Below, piece after piece: positions 38,980 to 48,745 of a DNA stretch of 64,000 bases. Position numbers and translations under genes: made by a program. The first letter of the stretch is position 1. The number at the start of each line of letters is the position of its first letter. Source of the DNA: Candidatus Nanopelagicales bacterium (GTDB taxonomy: Bacteria > Actinomycetota > Actinomycetes > S36-B12); NCBI GenBank assembly GCA_028687755.1, contig JAQTZL010000001.1, forward strand, positions 457,404 through 521,403, in the 5' to 3' direction. Below the pieces are notes generated by a model. The model was not told the DNA's origin, made no database searches, and was given only the letters and a program-made list of their open reading frames with translations.

Positions 38980-39876
38980 CTACTTCATTGCGGAGGCTTG
39001 CACCCACTGAATCTTCATACCCAGGGTGTTAGCGGGATCCGTCCAAGCTAACACTTCAGACTGCGCGATCACTGCGATTCCGGCTGCTTGTAGCCGAGTG
39101 CAAGTGTCAGCAAGATTTGGAACCGCAATGCAAAACGAGTGAAGGGTGTCTCGACCACTTTCTCCTTCATTCCGCTTTGCTAGGCGAATCACTACATCAT
39201 TGATTCGTAGATCAATGACTTCTTGGCCAAGATCGCGTGGTAATCCATCAACGCGTGTTGTTTCAAGGATTCCAGAGAGCACAGCGGCACTTTTTGATGG
39301 ATCGGCAACTTCCATTGAGAGCCATGCAAAGCTTGCGCCTTGAACAACACTTGAAGATGCAGAAGGTGGCAAGGCAGCTGGAATGTCACGCGGATCATTA
39401 TCGAATTCAGTGTCGGTGAGTTCAATTAACAGCCCAGCAGTGTCGGCAGGGTGCATGAAGAAGTGTCGACCAGGCAGGTCCACTCCAGTAATGCGAATGT
39501 CGCTGCGACGCAGCAAGGTCTCTGAACGCCAAAGGTCATCCACTGTCCACGCCACGGAATGCAAACCAACCCCATATTTTGCAACGAAGGAACCTAACTG
39601 ACCCTGGTCATCTGTTGCCACAAAAACACAGATGGGCAACGTGCCCAGCCAAATCATTTCCGTAAAGGCACCTGACTCCTCAGATACGCCGTCTTCGTTG
39701 CTACCCCCTTCGAACGGGATTCCACGCACCTGACGCATTCCTGAATCAATGCGCACAGCACCGAGCACCCGCTCACACCACGTTGTCAACGAATCTTCTG
39801 GTCGGGCAGCCAAACCTAAACGGTGAAAGTACCCCGGTTGGACTAATTGAGCTGAACTCGAATGCATTGCAGACAT
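38980..39876 (-). CDS. Two-domain VOC (glyoxalase / extradiol-dioxygenase fold) family protein
   Basis: Repeated beta-alpha-beta-beta-beta modules (LHSVAWTVDD..., LHSFCIAVPN...). ATG 39876 is preceded by GGGGAG. The track start is 39909. Confidence 0.6.
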   Translation of the reverse strand: MSAMHSSSAQLVQPGYFHRLGLAARPEDSLTTWCERVLGAVRIDSGMRQVRGIPFEGGSNEDGVSEESGAFTEMIWLGTLPICVFVATDDQGQLGSFVAKYGVGLHSVAWTVDDLWRSETLLRRSDIRITGVDLPGRHFFMHPADTAGLLIELTDTEFDNDPRDIPAALPPSASSSVVQGASFAWLSMEVADPSKSAAVLSGILETTRVDGLPRDLGQEVIDLRINDVVIRLAKRNEGESGRDTLHSFCIAVPNLADTCTRLQAAGIAVIAQSEVLAWTDPANTLGMKIQWVQASAMK

Positions 39877-40039
39877 ACGCGGACTCCCCTGTCCAGATGA
39901 ACGTTGCACAAACTTAGGGCGCGAATGTGCAACTTGGAAGGTTCACGGCAACAAAAGGGGCGAAAGACCCTATGGGCACACACCTTCGGGGATTGATACT
40001 TGGAGTGCGAGAACTTCGCCTAGAACAAGGAGGTGCGCT

Positions 40040-40483
40040 ATGCGCGCGAGGAACATGCATCATGCAGGTGTTGGAGCAGTTCCACTGGTTGTTGCTGTTG
40101 ATTTCTTGGAGTCACGAATCTGGAAATTAGAGCACGTCGAGGATGACAGCGGTAAGCACATCACTGCGGCTACCCCATGGGGCATTCACAAATTGCATAG
40201 CAAGAAGGTTGATTCCATAAACCTACATTCCGTCACTGCGGACCCTAAATATTGGGCAGCATTGTCAAAGGAGGTTGCGGGCGCGACCGACATCGTGCTT
40301 CTGGGACACGGCAAGGGCAAAGCTAACGCCAGCCACCTCTTTGCTGGTTACTTAGAGAAACACCACAAGGATGTTGCACATCGCATCCAAGGTGAAATTC
40401 GATGCGATATTGATTCCATCACTGATGCACAACTGATTCAGATCGGTCGAGACTTCTTTGAACGGCTAGACGTGCTTGCATAA
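40040..40483 (+). CDS. Small eRF1-fold-like protein resembling the family NCBI labels 'translational machinery protein'
   Basis: RBS AAGGAGG 6 nt upstream of the ATG. The pattern VVAVDFLESRIWKLEH ... KYWAALSKEVAGATDIVLLGHGKGKANASHLF.YLEKHH..VAHRIQGEIRCD..TDAQLIQIGRDFF matches my memory of that roughly 130-aa family. This is not verified. Confidence 0.45.
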   Translation: MRARNMHHAGVGAVPLVVAVDFLESRIWKLEHVEDDSGKHITAATPWGIHKLHSKKVDSINLHSVTADPKYWAALSKEVAGATDIVLLGHGKGKANASHLFAGYLEKHHKDVAHRIQGEIRCDIDSITDAQLIQIGRDFFERLDVLA

Positions 40484-40520
40484 TTCAAGGCTGCAAATCC
40501 ACACCTGAAATACAGCCCTT

Positions 40521-40563
40521 GAAAAGCCTTCTTGTCTTAGAGAACCTTGGACAAGAAGGCTTT
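40521..40563. terminator. Bidirectional terminator hairpin, with the right arm inside the last codons of the ABC ATPase gene
   Basis: Perfect 15-bp stem aaaagccttcttgtc / gacaagaaggctttt with a 13-nt loop. Confidence 0.75.
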
Positions 40564-41301
40564 TGTACGTTCGTGCTGCGGATTTGTGAGTACATCGCGT
40601 GGATGCCCCTTTTCAACGACAACACCGTCGTCCATGAACACCAAACTGTCGCCTACTTCACGGGCGAATCCCATCTCATGGGTCACCACAATCATGGTCA
40701 TGCCATCTACAGCAAGTTGACGCATCACATCGAGCACTTCACCCACCAGTTCTGGGTCCAGTGCGGAGGTGGGCTCATCAAACAACATCAACTTAGGCTC
40801 CATCGCTAGCGCACGAGCGATAGCAACGCGTTGCTGTTGCCCACCTGAAAGCTGGCGAGGATAGGAATTGGATTTATCGGCAAGTCCTACCCGCTCTAAG
40901 AGCACTTGGGCACGGGCCCGCGCAATCTCAGAAGATTCCCCGCGCACCCGCATTGGCGCCTCGATAATGTTTTGCATCACGGTCATGTGCGGGAAGAGAT
41001 TGAAGCGCTGAAAAACCATGCCGATTTCGCGACGCTTCTTGGATGCATCTCGATCTTTTAACTCATAAAGTTTGTCGCCATGTTGGCGGTATCCCACGAG
41101 TTCACCATCAACAGATAGCCGACCGCTGTCAACCTTCTCTAGGTGATTGATACAACGCAAAAAGGTTGACTTGCCTGAGCCTGATGGGCCCACCAGGCAG
41201 AAAACCTCACCACGTTGCACTTCAAGGTCGATACCTTTGAGTACCTGGAGCGAACCAAAACTCTTGTGGACGCCTTCGCTTTTTACCATGGGTACGTTCA
41301 T
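40537..41301 (-). CDS. Polar amino-acid ABC transporter ATP-binding protein
   Basis: Walker [10 protein letters not shown], signature [15 protein letters not shown] and Walker [13 protein letters not shown]. Confidence 0.95.
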   Translation of the reverse strand: MNVPMVKSEGVHKSFGSLQVLKGIDLEVQRGEVFCLVGPSGSGKSTFLRCINHLEKVDSGRLSVDGELVGYRQHGDKLYELKDRDASKKRREIGMVFQRFNLFPHMTVMQNIIEAPMRVRGESSEIARARAQVLLERVGLADKSNSYPRQLSGGQQQRVAIARALAMEPKLMLFDEPTSALDPELVGEVLDVMRQLAVDGMTMIVVTHEMGFAREVGDSLVFMDDGVVVEKGHPRDVLTNPQHERTKAFLSKVL

Positions 41302-42254
41302 CGCACACCACTATTTGAGTCGAGCAAAGTTGAAGACGGCGGCGTTGGTGGCTGCTGATGGAACCTGAAAAAGTTCCGCCGCACACTTTGCATAAAGGAT
41401 TGCGAAGAGCCTGACGATGAGCCCCTGCCGTAATGACGTTCAATGTAGTACTGACCGATCGTCAATAAGGATGTCAAGAACAGATACCAAATACTGGCCA
41501 AAATCAACAGTGGGATTGTTTGGTACGTGCGTGCGTAAATTTGCTGAGTGTTGTACAGCAGTTCTGGCATCGCCACCACAGATACCAAAGACGTGGTCTT
41601 GAGCATACTGATCACTTCGTTACCGGTGGGCGGAATGATTACTCGCATCGCTTGTGGCAACACGATGCGCCGCATTGTTTGCGTACGACTCATACCAAGT
41701 GCTGAAGCTGCTTCAACCTGCCCCTCATCAACAGATTGGATACCGGCACGTGAAATTTCGGCCATATATGCGGCTTCGTTAAGCCCCAAGCCTAGAAGCG
41801 CTGCGATGAAGGGTGTGATGACCGAGTTGGTGTCCCAAGAAACAAAGGTTGGTCCAAAGGGGATGCCTATAGAGATATTTGGAACCAGGACCGCCAAGTT
41901 AAACCAGAAAATTAATTGCACGAGCACTGGCGTACCGCGGAAGAACCAGATGTATCCGTAAGCCACGTTCGAGAGAACCGGGTTAGGCGATAACCGCATC
42001 ACGGAAAGCACAACACCCAAAGCAATACCAGCAAACATTGCCACGATGGTGATCCAGATCGTGGCCCACACACCTTCAAGAATCTTGTTATTAAAGAGGT
42101 ACTGCCCAATCACATTCCATTCGAACGCGGGATTTGTCAGAGCCATATTGATGAACATGGCGACAAACAACAAAATTACTGCCGTTGCAATCCAACGTCC
42201 AGGGTGGCGAACAGGGATCGCCTTGATCGGCTCAGGCCGCACATGTTCAGTCAC
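41298..42254 (-). CDS. Amino-acid ABC transporter permease (HisM/GlnP type) with a Ser/Pro-rich C-terminal tail
   Basis: EAA-loop region [37 protein letters not shown] overlap with the ATPase start. Confidence 0.9.
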   Translation of the reverse strand: MTEHVRPEPIKAIPVRHPGRWIATAVILLFVAMFINMALTNPAFEWNVIGQYLFNNKILEGVWATIWITIVAMFAGIALGVVLSVMRLSPNPVLSNVAYGYIWFFRGTPVLVQLIFWFNLAVLVPNISIGIPFGPTFVSWDTNSVITPFIAALLGLGLNEAAYMAEISRAGIQSVDEGQVEAASALGMSRTQTMRRIVLPQAMRVIIPPTGNEVISMLKTTSLVSVVAMPELLYNTQQIYARTYQTIPLLILASIWYLFLTSLLTIGQYYIERHYGRGSSSGSSQSFMQSVRRNFFRFHQQPPTPPSSTLLDSNSGVR

Positions 42255-42279
42255 TTCAACCCCTTGACCCTAGAAACAT

Positions 42280-42313
42280 GATGGTGGGCACTGCCGAAGC
42301 AGTGCCCACCATC
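42280..42313 (-). terminator. Intercistronic stem-loop between the binding-protein and permease genes (possible attenuator or mRNA stabiliser)
   Basis: gatggtgggcactgc-cgaa-gcagtgcccaccatc, a perfect 15-bp stem. There is no clear U-tract on the minus strand. Confidence 0.4.
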
Positions 42314-42321
42314 CTTGCAAA

Positions 42322-43224
42322 TCAAACCTTTGGATTCACTTCCGAAGTCGTAATCACACTGGTTGAAAGGTTGTACTTGTCAGCAAACTGCTGGTAAGTG
42401 CCATTGTCGATCAACTTCTGGAAAGCAGCCTGGAGGGCTTGTGCAACGCCACTACCCTTTGCGCTCAATGCACCCAGCAGCACTGGGTTGAGCAATGGAC
42501 CTGCAGGCACTTCAAACTTTCCATTTGAGTTCTGCGAGATTGTCGCGGCATTCGCACTGTCGGTTACTAGAGATTCCACACGACCGCTTTGCAACGCAAT
42601 TGGCATTTGATCAGAAGCTGCAATCACAGTGAAAGCGATCTCTGGCTTGCCCGCCTTCTTGCATTCGGCATTGAGCTGTGGTGCCGAGTCTGTTTCTTGG
42701 GTACTGCCCTTGAGAACACCAACCTTGGTGCCACACAACGTGGTATCCAGAGCTAGGCCCTTTGGGTTACCAACCGGCACGACACCAGCATCGCCCGAGC
42801 TCATGTAGGTAGCAAAGTCAACCTGCTTCTCTCGCTCACCGGTAACCGTGAACGATGAGATACCAGCGTCGTAACGCTTGCTGATAACCGACGGGATGAT
42901 CGAGTCAAATGACGAGTTCTTGAACTCAACCTTCAAGCCCATCAATTCTGCTGCAGCCGTCGCTAAATCGATGTCAAAGCCAGTGAGAGTGGTGCCATCA
43001 GCCTCAGTCATTTCAAACGGTGGGTAACCAAGTTCAGTTCCGAAAGTGATCACACCCTTCGCAGCTAAATCAGCCGGCACAAGTGCTACTACCGCTTCAT
43101 CGGCTGTGACAGCTGACTCGGTAGGAGTGGCACTCTCGCTACCGCCACAAGCTGACAACGTAAGTGAAAGTGAGATTGCCATAACGGCAGCAGCGCCGAT
43201 GTGACGCTTGCGCAGAGCGAGCAT
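42322..43224 (-). CDS. Amino-acid ABC transporter substrate-binding lipoprotein (family 3)
   Basis: The start at 43224 gives MLALRKRHIGAAAVMAISLSLTLSAC (lipobox). The body has the GFDIDL motif. The track start at 43362 would overlap the upstream gene. Confidence 0.9.
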   Translation of the reverse strand: MLALRKRHIGAAAVMAISLSLTLSACGGSESATPTESAVTADEAVVALVPADLAAKGVITFGTELGYPPFEMTEADGTTLTGFDIDLATAAAELMGLKVEFKNSSFDSIIPSVISKRYDAGISSFTVTGEREKQVDFATYMSSGDAGVVPVGNPKGLALDTTLCGTKVGVLKGSTQETDSAPQLNAECKKAGKPEIAFTVIAASDQMPIALQSGRVESLVTDSANAATISQNSNGKFEVPAGPLLNPVLLGALSAKGSGVAQALQAAFQKLIDNGTYQQFADKYNLSTSVITTSEVNPKV

Positions 43225-43276
43225 GAATCCTCCTAGAGTTGAACGAGCACCATGCCCGATCGATGTTTCCATCCGG

Positions 43277-44296
43277 TTACTTTGCTGAACTAATCGTTTT
43301 CTCAGCCGCAAGGAGTTGCCCCATGATTCGGCGCGCTTTTGCGATGCCTTCATCCTGGGCAATCAATACGTCTGATTCATTGCTTGGGCGAGACTTTAGG
43401 CCAATTTCTTGCCATTCGAGGGCTTCTTTGTCCTCAATCAGCACCGTGGCGAGGCCGTCGACGAGTTCTTCGGTGGCCCATTCCTGATCGATGCCGAAAT
43501 TGCGGGAAAATGCGTAGTAATAATGCGAATTATGGGCATCAATCGGGGTGATCCCGTTCATTACCTTGATCAGGAAGCCTTCCTCACGCGGACGCCCCTG
43601 GCCAGTAATTCCTGAATGCAGAGCATGGAAGCTGGGAAGGTAGAACTTCGTGCAATGGAATCGGTCGTACAGGCCCTCAGTGCTCATGGTCTTGGCATAG
43701 AGCGGTGGTGCCTGGACCCTCGGCATCAAACGATCCACGCTCACCATGGTGCCTTCAACCTCAACGGTGACCCCATGCTGATAGATGTAGTCATCCCCAA
43801 CCGTGGAGAGGTGAATAAAGGATTCGTGGGTGAGATCCAGCAGATTGTCATGAATGAGCTCTGCGCGGCATTGGAAATGGAAGCTGTGCGTGACTGTCGC
43901 CCATTCGGGGTCACTCATCCAGTGAGTGTCTGGCACCAGTGACTCGTCGGCTTTGCCCGCGTCACCTGTCCAAATCCAAATCCAGCCGTCCTTCTCAACT
44001 ATTGGGAAAGAACGCACCCGAGCGCGCTGAGGGATGATCGATTGGGCGGGGATGCGCACACACGCACCCGAGCAATCAAATTGGAACCCGTGATACCCGC
44101 ATTCCAATATGTCTTCAACCACGCGGCCCGCGGAGAGTGGGTATCCGCGATGCGCACAGCGATCTTCAAGCGCGACTGCGGTGCCGTCGAGTTTGCGATA
44201 GAGCGCTACGGGAATCTCGCAGATGACCTTGCGAATGGGCTCTCGCGATACTTCCGTTGACCAGGCAGCGACATACCAAGCATTCAGGACGAACAT
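43277..44296 (-). CDS. Rieske [2Fe-2S] non-heme-iron oxygenase alpha subunit, VanA/phthalate-family type
   Basis: N-terminal NAWYVAAWSTEV. Rieske ligands CAHRGYPLS...CGYHGFQF. Mononuclear iron motif DNLLDLTHESFIH. Confidence 0.88.
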   Translation of the reverse strand: MFVLNAWYVAAWSTEVSREPIRKVICEIPVALYRKLDGTAVALEDRCAHRGYPLSAGRVVEDILECGYHGFQFDCSGACVRIPAQSIIPQRARVRSFPIVEKDGWIWIWTGDAGKADESLVPDTHWMSDPEWATVTHSFHFQCRAELIHDNLLDLTHESFIHLSTVGDDYIYQHGVTVEVEGTMVSVDRLMPRVQAPPLYAKTMSTEGLYDRFHCTKFYLPSFHALHSGITGQGRPREEGFLIKVMNGITPIDAHNSHYYYAFSRNFGIDQEWATEELVDGLATVLIEDKEALEWQEIGLKSRPSNESDVLIAQDEGIAKARRIMGQLLAAEKTISSAK

Positions 44297-44372
44297 GCAC
44301 TCTCCCTTCGCTCGATCGATTCAGCACTGTTTCGCAAATATGCGATGTGAAACACGAAGCGAAGCGTAATGA

Positions 44373-44855
44373 CTAGACCAGTTCGTATGCGCGGTAGTGG
44401 AAACCACCATCAACAACCGCACCGCGACCTACGGCCTGGGTTCGGTTCAGCCAGTCGTATTTTTCAGCAGATGTTTCAAAGGTAATCATGACTTTCCAGT
44501 TGATCTTTGACTCGTCATATGGCTCACCTTTGCGTGCCTTGAGTACTTCATCCCATGGCTCGATAACACCCTTGTAGGACATCAAAATCTTGGCACCGTC
44601 ATCAGTTTCGATAACGACGCGAATATCGGGCACCAATGCGTTGTCGGGACGACGGATCGCATAATCAATGCCTTCGATCACGCGAGCATTAATCCGTGGG
44701 CCTTTGACCCAACCACCAGTTATCGTGCCCACTGCGCGATAGCCCGATGGCGTAGGTCCCAGATCGTGCGCAGGCTTACTTGCTGACGCAAGCTCCATGA
44801 GGAACTCGAACAAGAATTCAAGTTCAATCGGACGATCTGGTGACACTGCAGCCAT
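44373..44855 (-). CDS. DUF3237 (UPF0311) beta-barrel protein
   Basis: The start at 44855 (MAAVSPDRPIELEFLFE). G.ITGG.V.GP...A.V..G.DY...R.D pattern. Confidence 0.6.
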   Translation of the reverse strand: MAAVSPDRPIELEFLFEFLMELASASKPAHDLGPTPSGYRAVGTITGGWVKGPRINARVIEGIDYAIRRPDNALVPDIRVVIETDDGAKILMSYKGVIEPWDEVLKARKGEPYDESKINWKVMITFETSAEKYDWLNRTQAVGRGAVVDGGFHYRAYELV

Positions 44856-44896
44856 GGTCTTCTCTCGTAATGATGAAATCGATGAATACAACAGTC

Positions 44897-45808
44897 TTAG
44901 AACTTCGAAAGAATGTTTTCGCTCAAGTCTTGGTAGCGATCCTTTGATTCCGATATCGAATCTGACCAAAGATCAGCAAGTACCCAGTTCACACCGATGT
45001 CGCTGAGTTCACCAATGGCCTGAATTTTTTCTTCGTTACTTGCCTGTGAATCTGGGCGAAGCGCTGGAGTTGATGCCTGCACTGAGATCTCACTCATGGT
45101 GCGGCCATTGGCTTCAACCAGTGGTCGAAGGTTCGCAAGCGCTTCAGCAAGATCAGCTGTGGTTTCAATATTCTTCGTACGCGCTGTCTTTGACAAGGTT
45201 GGTGAACCCATCATGACCGACCAACCCTGACCCCATGCAGCAAGACGACGCATTGTGAGGTTGCTGTTTCCACCAAGCCATAGCGGTGGATGCGGAAGCG
45301 TTACAAAACCAGGCAACACGAGCTGATCAAGGGCTTCGTAGTTAGGTCCGGTGTGCGTGACAGGGCGATTTCCGCCTGCCATGCGAATAACTTCAATGGC
45401 ATCGTCAAAAATGACGTTGCGGTTTTCAAAATCAACACCAAGCGCTGCGTACTCAGAGCGCAGGTAGCCCGCACCGAAGATGAACGAGGCGCGACCACCG
45501 GAGAGCACATCAACTGAAGCCATGCCTGAAACGGTGAGCAAAGGGTTGCGATACGGAAGCACGATTAAGTGACTGAAGAGTTCAATTTTCTTGGTGACTG
45601 CTGCACAGAATGACAACATGGCAAAGGGATCAAAGGCCTCGTGTCCGCCGCCTTGCAGCCACTTCTGTGAAGGCGCTGGATGATCAGTAATACCAAGCCC
45701 CTGTACGCCAACATTTTCAAGATGCTGAATAACGTCGATCATGTTTGCAGGCTTAACCCACTCGCCACCAAGGTCTGAACGCACTGGGTAGTCGGTAATG
45801 AACTTCAT
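44897..45808 (-). CDS. LLM-class flavin/F420-dependent oxidoreductase (probable F420 type)
   Basis: 303 aa with ITDHPAP, LIVLPYRNPLL and SGGRASFIFGAGY. It resembles the short F420-dependent LLM subgroup. Confidence 0.7.
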   Translation of the reverse strand: MKFITDYPVRSDLGGEWVKPANMIDVIQHLENVGVQGLGITDHPAPSQKWLQGGGHEAFDPFAMLSFCAAVTKKIELFSHLIVLPYRNPLLTVSGMASVDVLSGGRASFIFGAGYLRSEYAALGVDFENRNVIFDDAIEVIRMAGGNRPVTHTGPNYEALDQLVLPGFVTLPHPPLWLGGNSNLTMRRLAAWGQGWSVMMGSPTLSKTARTKNIETTADLAEALANLRPLVEANGRTMSEISVQASTPALRPDSQASNEEKIQAIGELSDIGVNWVLADLWSDSISESKDRYQDLSENILSKF

Positions 45809-45846
45809 TCTTGATTCCTTTAGTAGTGGTGAGTGAGTAAGACGAA

Positions 45847-46479
45847 TTAACCGAGACTTGCCCAGTAGTCCTTGATGACATCTGAAGTTGTCACCAAAGC
45901 GATATTGCGGATTGTGTATTTCAAGAGGTCATCAACGTAGGTCATGGGATCACCTGCGATGCAGTCACGTGGCACGATCATTCGGTAGCCAAGGTTCATG
46001 CCTTCAATTGCGGTGCCCACCAGCGACAGGTTCGCCGAGACACCGGTCAAGATCACTGTGGTGACGCCGGTGTTACGGAAGTACATATCGAGCGAGGTTG
46101 TAAAGAAGCCAGTCATTCCCTGCTGACGCTCGAGATAGATATCTTCAGGGCGCGGGGTCAGCTCAGCAACGATCTCGCCGTGACCACCGCTCCATTCGCG
46201 CTCCCCTGTCATTTTGCGATGCACGAAGGTGTTGTTGGCATGGCCGAAGCGATCCTTGCGGCGTTGATCGCAGACGAAGTAGACGCGTGATCCCACTGAT
46301 CGAGCAGAATCGGCCAAGCTGGCGATGTTTGCAACCATATTGTTTTCAACGGCGGCCTTCGCTAACCCTGGCAGCACGGATCGGTCAGGAAGTACCAGGT
46401 TTTCTTGAACTTCAAGGGCCACGACGGCGGTGGTTGCCGGATTAATGAACGGACCTACATCAATCGCCATTGCACGCAC
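45847..46479 (-). CDS. Isochorismatase-family cysteine hydrolase
   Basis: TAVVALEVQEN, ...K... and VILTGVSANLSLVGTA (the Cys position needs an alignment check), with family-typical length of 210 aa. Confidence 0.7.
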   Translation of the reverse strand: MRAMAIDVGPFINPATTAVVALEVQENLVLPDRSVLPGLAKAAVENNMVANIASLADSARSVGSRVYFVCDQRRKDRFGHANNTFVHRKMTGEREWSGGHGEIVAELTPRPEDIYLERQQGMTGFFTTSLDMYFRNTGVTTVILTGVSANLSLVGTAIEGMNLGYRMIVPRDCIAGDPMTYVDDLLKYTIRNIALVTTSDVIKDYWASLG

Positions 46480-46613
46480 CTTTGTTCATTGGATTCCGGA
46501 AAACCGCCATGAGGCGATAAGCCTTAATACACTACTGTTCCGAAAAAATATCCTCAAGGAATTTGAGCATTTAATGCGACAAATCACCCTCACCGCACAC
46601 GAATCGGGGAACC

Positions 46614-47825
46614 ATGAGCATGCTCGACGGCATTCGAGTTCTTGATCTGACCATGTGGGCATTTTGCCCAGCTGCTGGCTCGGTTCTGGCCGAGTGGGGT
46701 GCTGACGTGATTCATATCGAAAATGCCAATGCCCCCGACCCCATGCGCCTGTTCGGAGGCGGCAGTATTGAACCAGGCAAATCCCACTGGATGTTCAAGC
46801 ATTACAACCGCGGCAAGCGAGCGATCGCTCTGGATTTGGCCAGCGACGAAGGCCGCGAAGTGCTCTATGACCTAGTGCGCAATTGCGATGTCTTCCTCAC
46901 CAGTTTCTTGCCTGCTACGCGTAAGAAGCTTGGCTTCGATGTCGATCAACTTCGCGCCATCAACCCCAACCTCATCTACGCAAAGGGCACGGGAGCTGGC
47001 CCACTAGGCCCAGAAAGTGAACGCGGTGGCTTTGATGGCGCATCGTGGTGGGCCCGTGGCTCACTCGCAGCGACCGCAATGGAAGTCACCAACACTGATT
47101 TCCCGCCAGCCATGCTCGGCCACGGCGACGGCATGTCGGGCCTGGTGCTTGCCGGCGGCATCGTTGCAGCATTGTTCAAGCGCGAACGCACGGGTGAAGT
47201 CACAGTCGTTGACTCGTCGCTCTTTGGAACCGCAGCCTGGTTCAATGCGCCCGCGATCATCGGTGAAACAGTCGATCCGGCAAACAACACCATGGGGAAA
47301 TTCAGTGCACGCGAAAAGCGCCACTGGAGTGTTGGTGATTACGCCACAGCAGATGGCCGCTACGTGCATCTCACCTTCTTAGGTGACCGTCAAGATCAAT
47401 GGCTTGATCTTTGCAACTTGCTCGAGCGCAATGATCTTGCTGACGATCCACGATTTCTCACAGCGGTTGAACGTGCCGCGAACACTCTTGCTTTGATGGA
47501 CGAACTTGATGCTCAGTTCGCAACAAAGACACTGAACGACTGGAAGCCAATCCTGAATAAGGCCAAGGGCGTGTGGGCTCCAGTGCAAACTGTTGGGGAA
47601 ATGGTCAACGACCCTCAAGCGCAGGCCAACCGCATGATCCGCATGGTCACCGACGAAGGTGGCACCCAGCCAATCGTGATGCCACCTGTCATGTTCAATG
47701 AAGATGCCGGCCCAGGTAATCCGGCTCCGAACTTTGCCCAACATACGAATGAAGTTCTCGCAGAAATTGCTGGTCTTACGCAGGAAAGAATTCACGAGTT
47801 GCGTAGCAGCGGAGCCATTGCATAA
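46614..47825 (+). CDS. Family III CoA-transferase (CaiB/BaiF)
   Basis: LDGIRVLDLTMWAFCPAAGSVLAEWGADVIHIE, HYNRGKRAIALDL and the overall 403-aa architecture. Confidence 0.88.
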   Translation: MSMLDGIRVLDLTMWAFCPAAGSVLAEWGADVIHIENANAPDPMRLFGGGSIEPGKSHWMFKHYNRGKRAIALDLASDEGREVLYDLVRNCDVFLTSFLPATRKKLGFDVDQLRAINPNLIYAKGTGAGPLGPESERGGFDGASWWARGSLAATAMEVTNTDFPPAMLGHGDGMSGLVLAGGIVAALFKRERTGEVTVVDSSLFGTAAWFNAPAIIGETVDPANNTMGKFSAREKRHWSVGDYATADGRYVHLTFLGDRQDQWLDLCNLLERNDLADDPRFLTAVERAANTLALMDELDAQFATKTLNDWKPILNKAKGVWAPVQTVGEMVNDPQAQANRMIRMVTDEGGTQPIVMPPVMFNEDAGPGNPAPNFAQHTNEVLAEIAGLTQERIHELRSSGAIA

Positions 47826-47920
47826 GCCGTTGATCCTCTGGCTGATCCACTGGATGGTTTTTGCCAGCGAATTGTGACTTTCTCAACTACTGTGGAACAA
47901 CAGCGCAATTGAAAGAGGAC

Positions 47921-48745
47921 ATGATGGGTTCACTCGACGGCAAGGTTGCATTCATTACAGGTGCGGGTCGCGGCCAAGGCCGTTCGCATGCGGTGCGCAT
48001 GGCCGAAGAGGGCGCCAACATCATTGCTGTGGATGTCTGCAAAGACATTCCACTCCTCCCCTACGCGATGGCAAGTTCTGCAGATTTACTGGAAACAGTT
48101 CGTCTAGTTGAAGAAGCCGGTGGCAAGGCAATTGGCGTCGAAGCCGATGTTCGCGATGTGGATGCCATGAATGCTGCGGCCAAGCAAGGCTTTGAAGCGT
48201 TTGGTCGCATCGACATCATCATTGCAAACGCAGGGATTGCCGCGCAGCAGGTGGAGGAAGGTGATCCGTCAGCACTCTTTAATCTCACGCTTGCCATCAA
48301 TGCTTTCGGTGTTCGTAACACCATTCATGCCGCGGTGCCGTACACGATCGACGGTGGCAACGGCGGCGCAGTAGTGATCACCAGCTCAACCCAAGGGTTA
48401 CAGGGTCGTGGCGGCAATGGTTCGGGAGCCGGCGATGGTTATGTGGCTTCAAAGCACGCCGTGGTGGGTCTTATGCGCTCTTGGGCTCATTGGTTGGCAC
48501 CACACATGATTCGCGTCAACACCATTCACCCAACAGGTGTTGATACCTACATGATCACCAACCCCGCGTTTCAGGACTACATCAAGGTCATGGCTGGCAA
48601 GTCAGATGGCCTCCAAAACCTCATGTCCGTTCCCGTGGTGCACGTTGAAGACATTACGAATGCAGTGATGTATCTGGTTTCCGATGCAGGCCGTTATGTC
48701 ACTGGCGTGACCTTGCCTATTGATGCCGGCTTTAACGTTCGCTAA
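47921..48745 (+). CDS. SDR oxidoreductase of the mycofactocin-coupled (carveol-dehydrogenase-like) subgroup
   Basis: ATG 47921 after AGAGGA. GKVAFITGAGRGQGRSHAVRMAEEGANIIAVDVC, NAGI and YVASKHAV. Confidence 0.8.
   Translation: MMGSLDGKVAFITGAGRGQGRSHAVRMAEEGANIIAVDVCKDIPLLPYAMASSADLLETVRLVEEAGGKAIGVEADVRDVDAMNAAAKQGFEAFGRIDIIIANAGIAAQQVEEGDPSALFNLTLAINAFGVRNTIHAAVPYTIDGGNGGAVVITSSTQGLQGRGGNGSGAGDGYVASKHAVVGLMRSWAHWLAPHMIRVNTIHPTGVDTYMITNPAFQDYIKVMAGKSDGLQNLMSVPVVHVEDITNAVMYLVSDAGRYVTGVTLPIDAGFNVR

Noticed and set aside
38955-38980. Possible att-like direct repeat of the tRNA-Met 3' end at the left edge of the catabolic island (taggcgggctcggaactgcc against ggcggggctcgaacccgc).
   Set aside because: Only about 13 matches, and these need two gaps. 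No integrase is present. The POT gene stump lies between the tRNA and the island, which does not fit a simple tRNA-targeted integration. I kept this only as something a proper repeat search should re-test.
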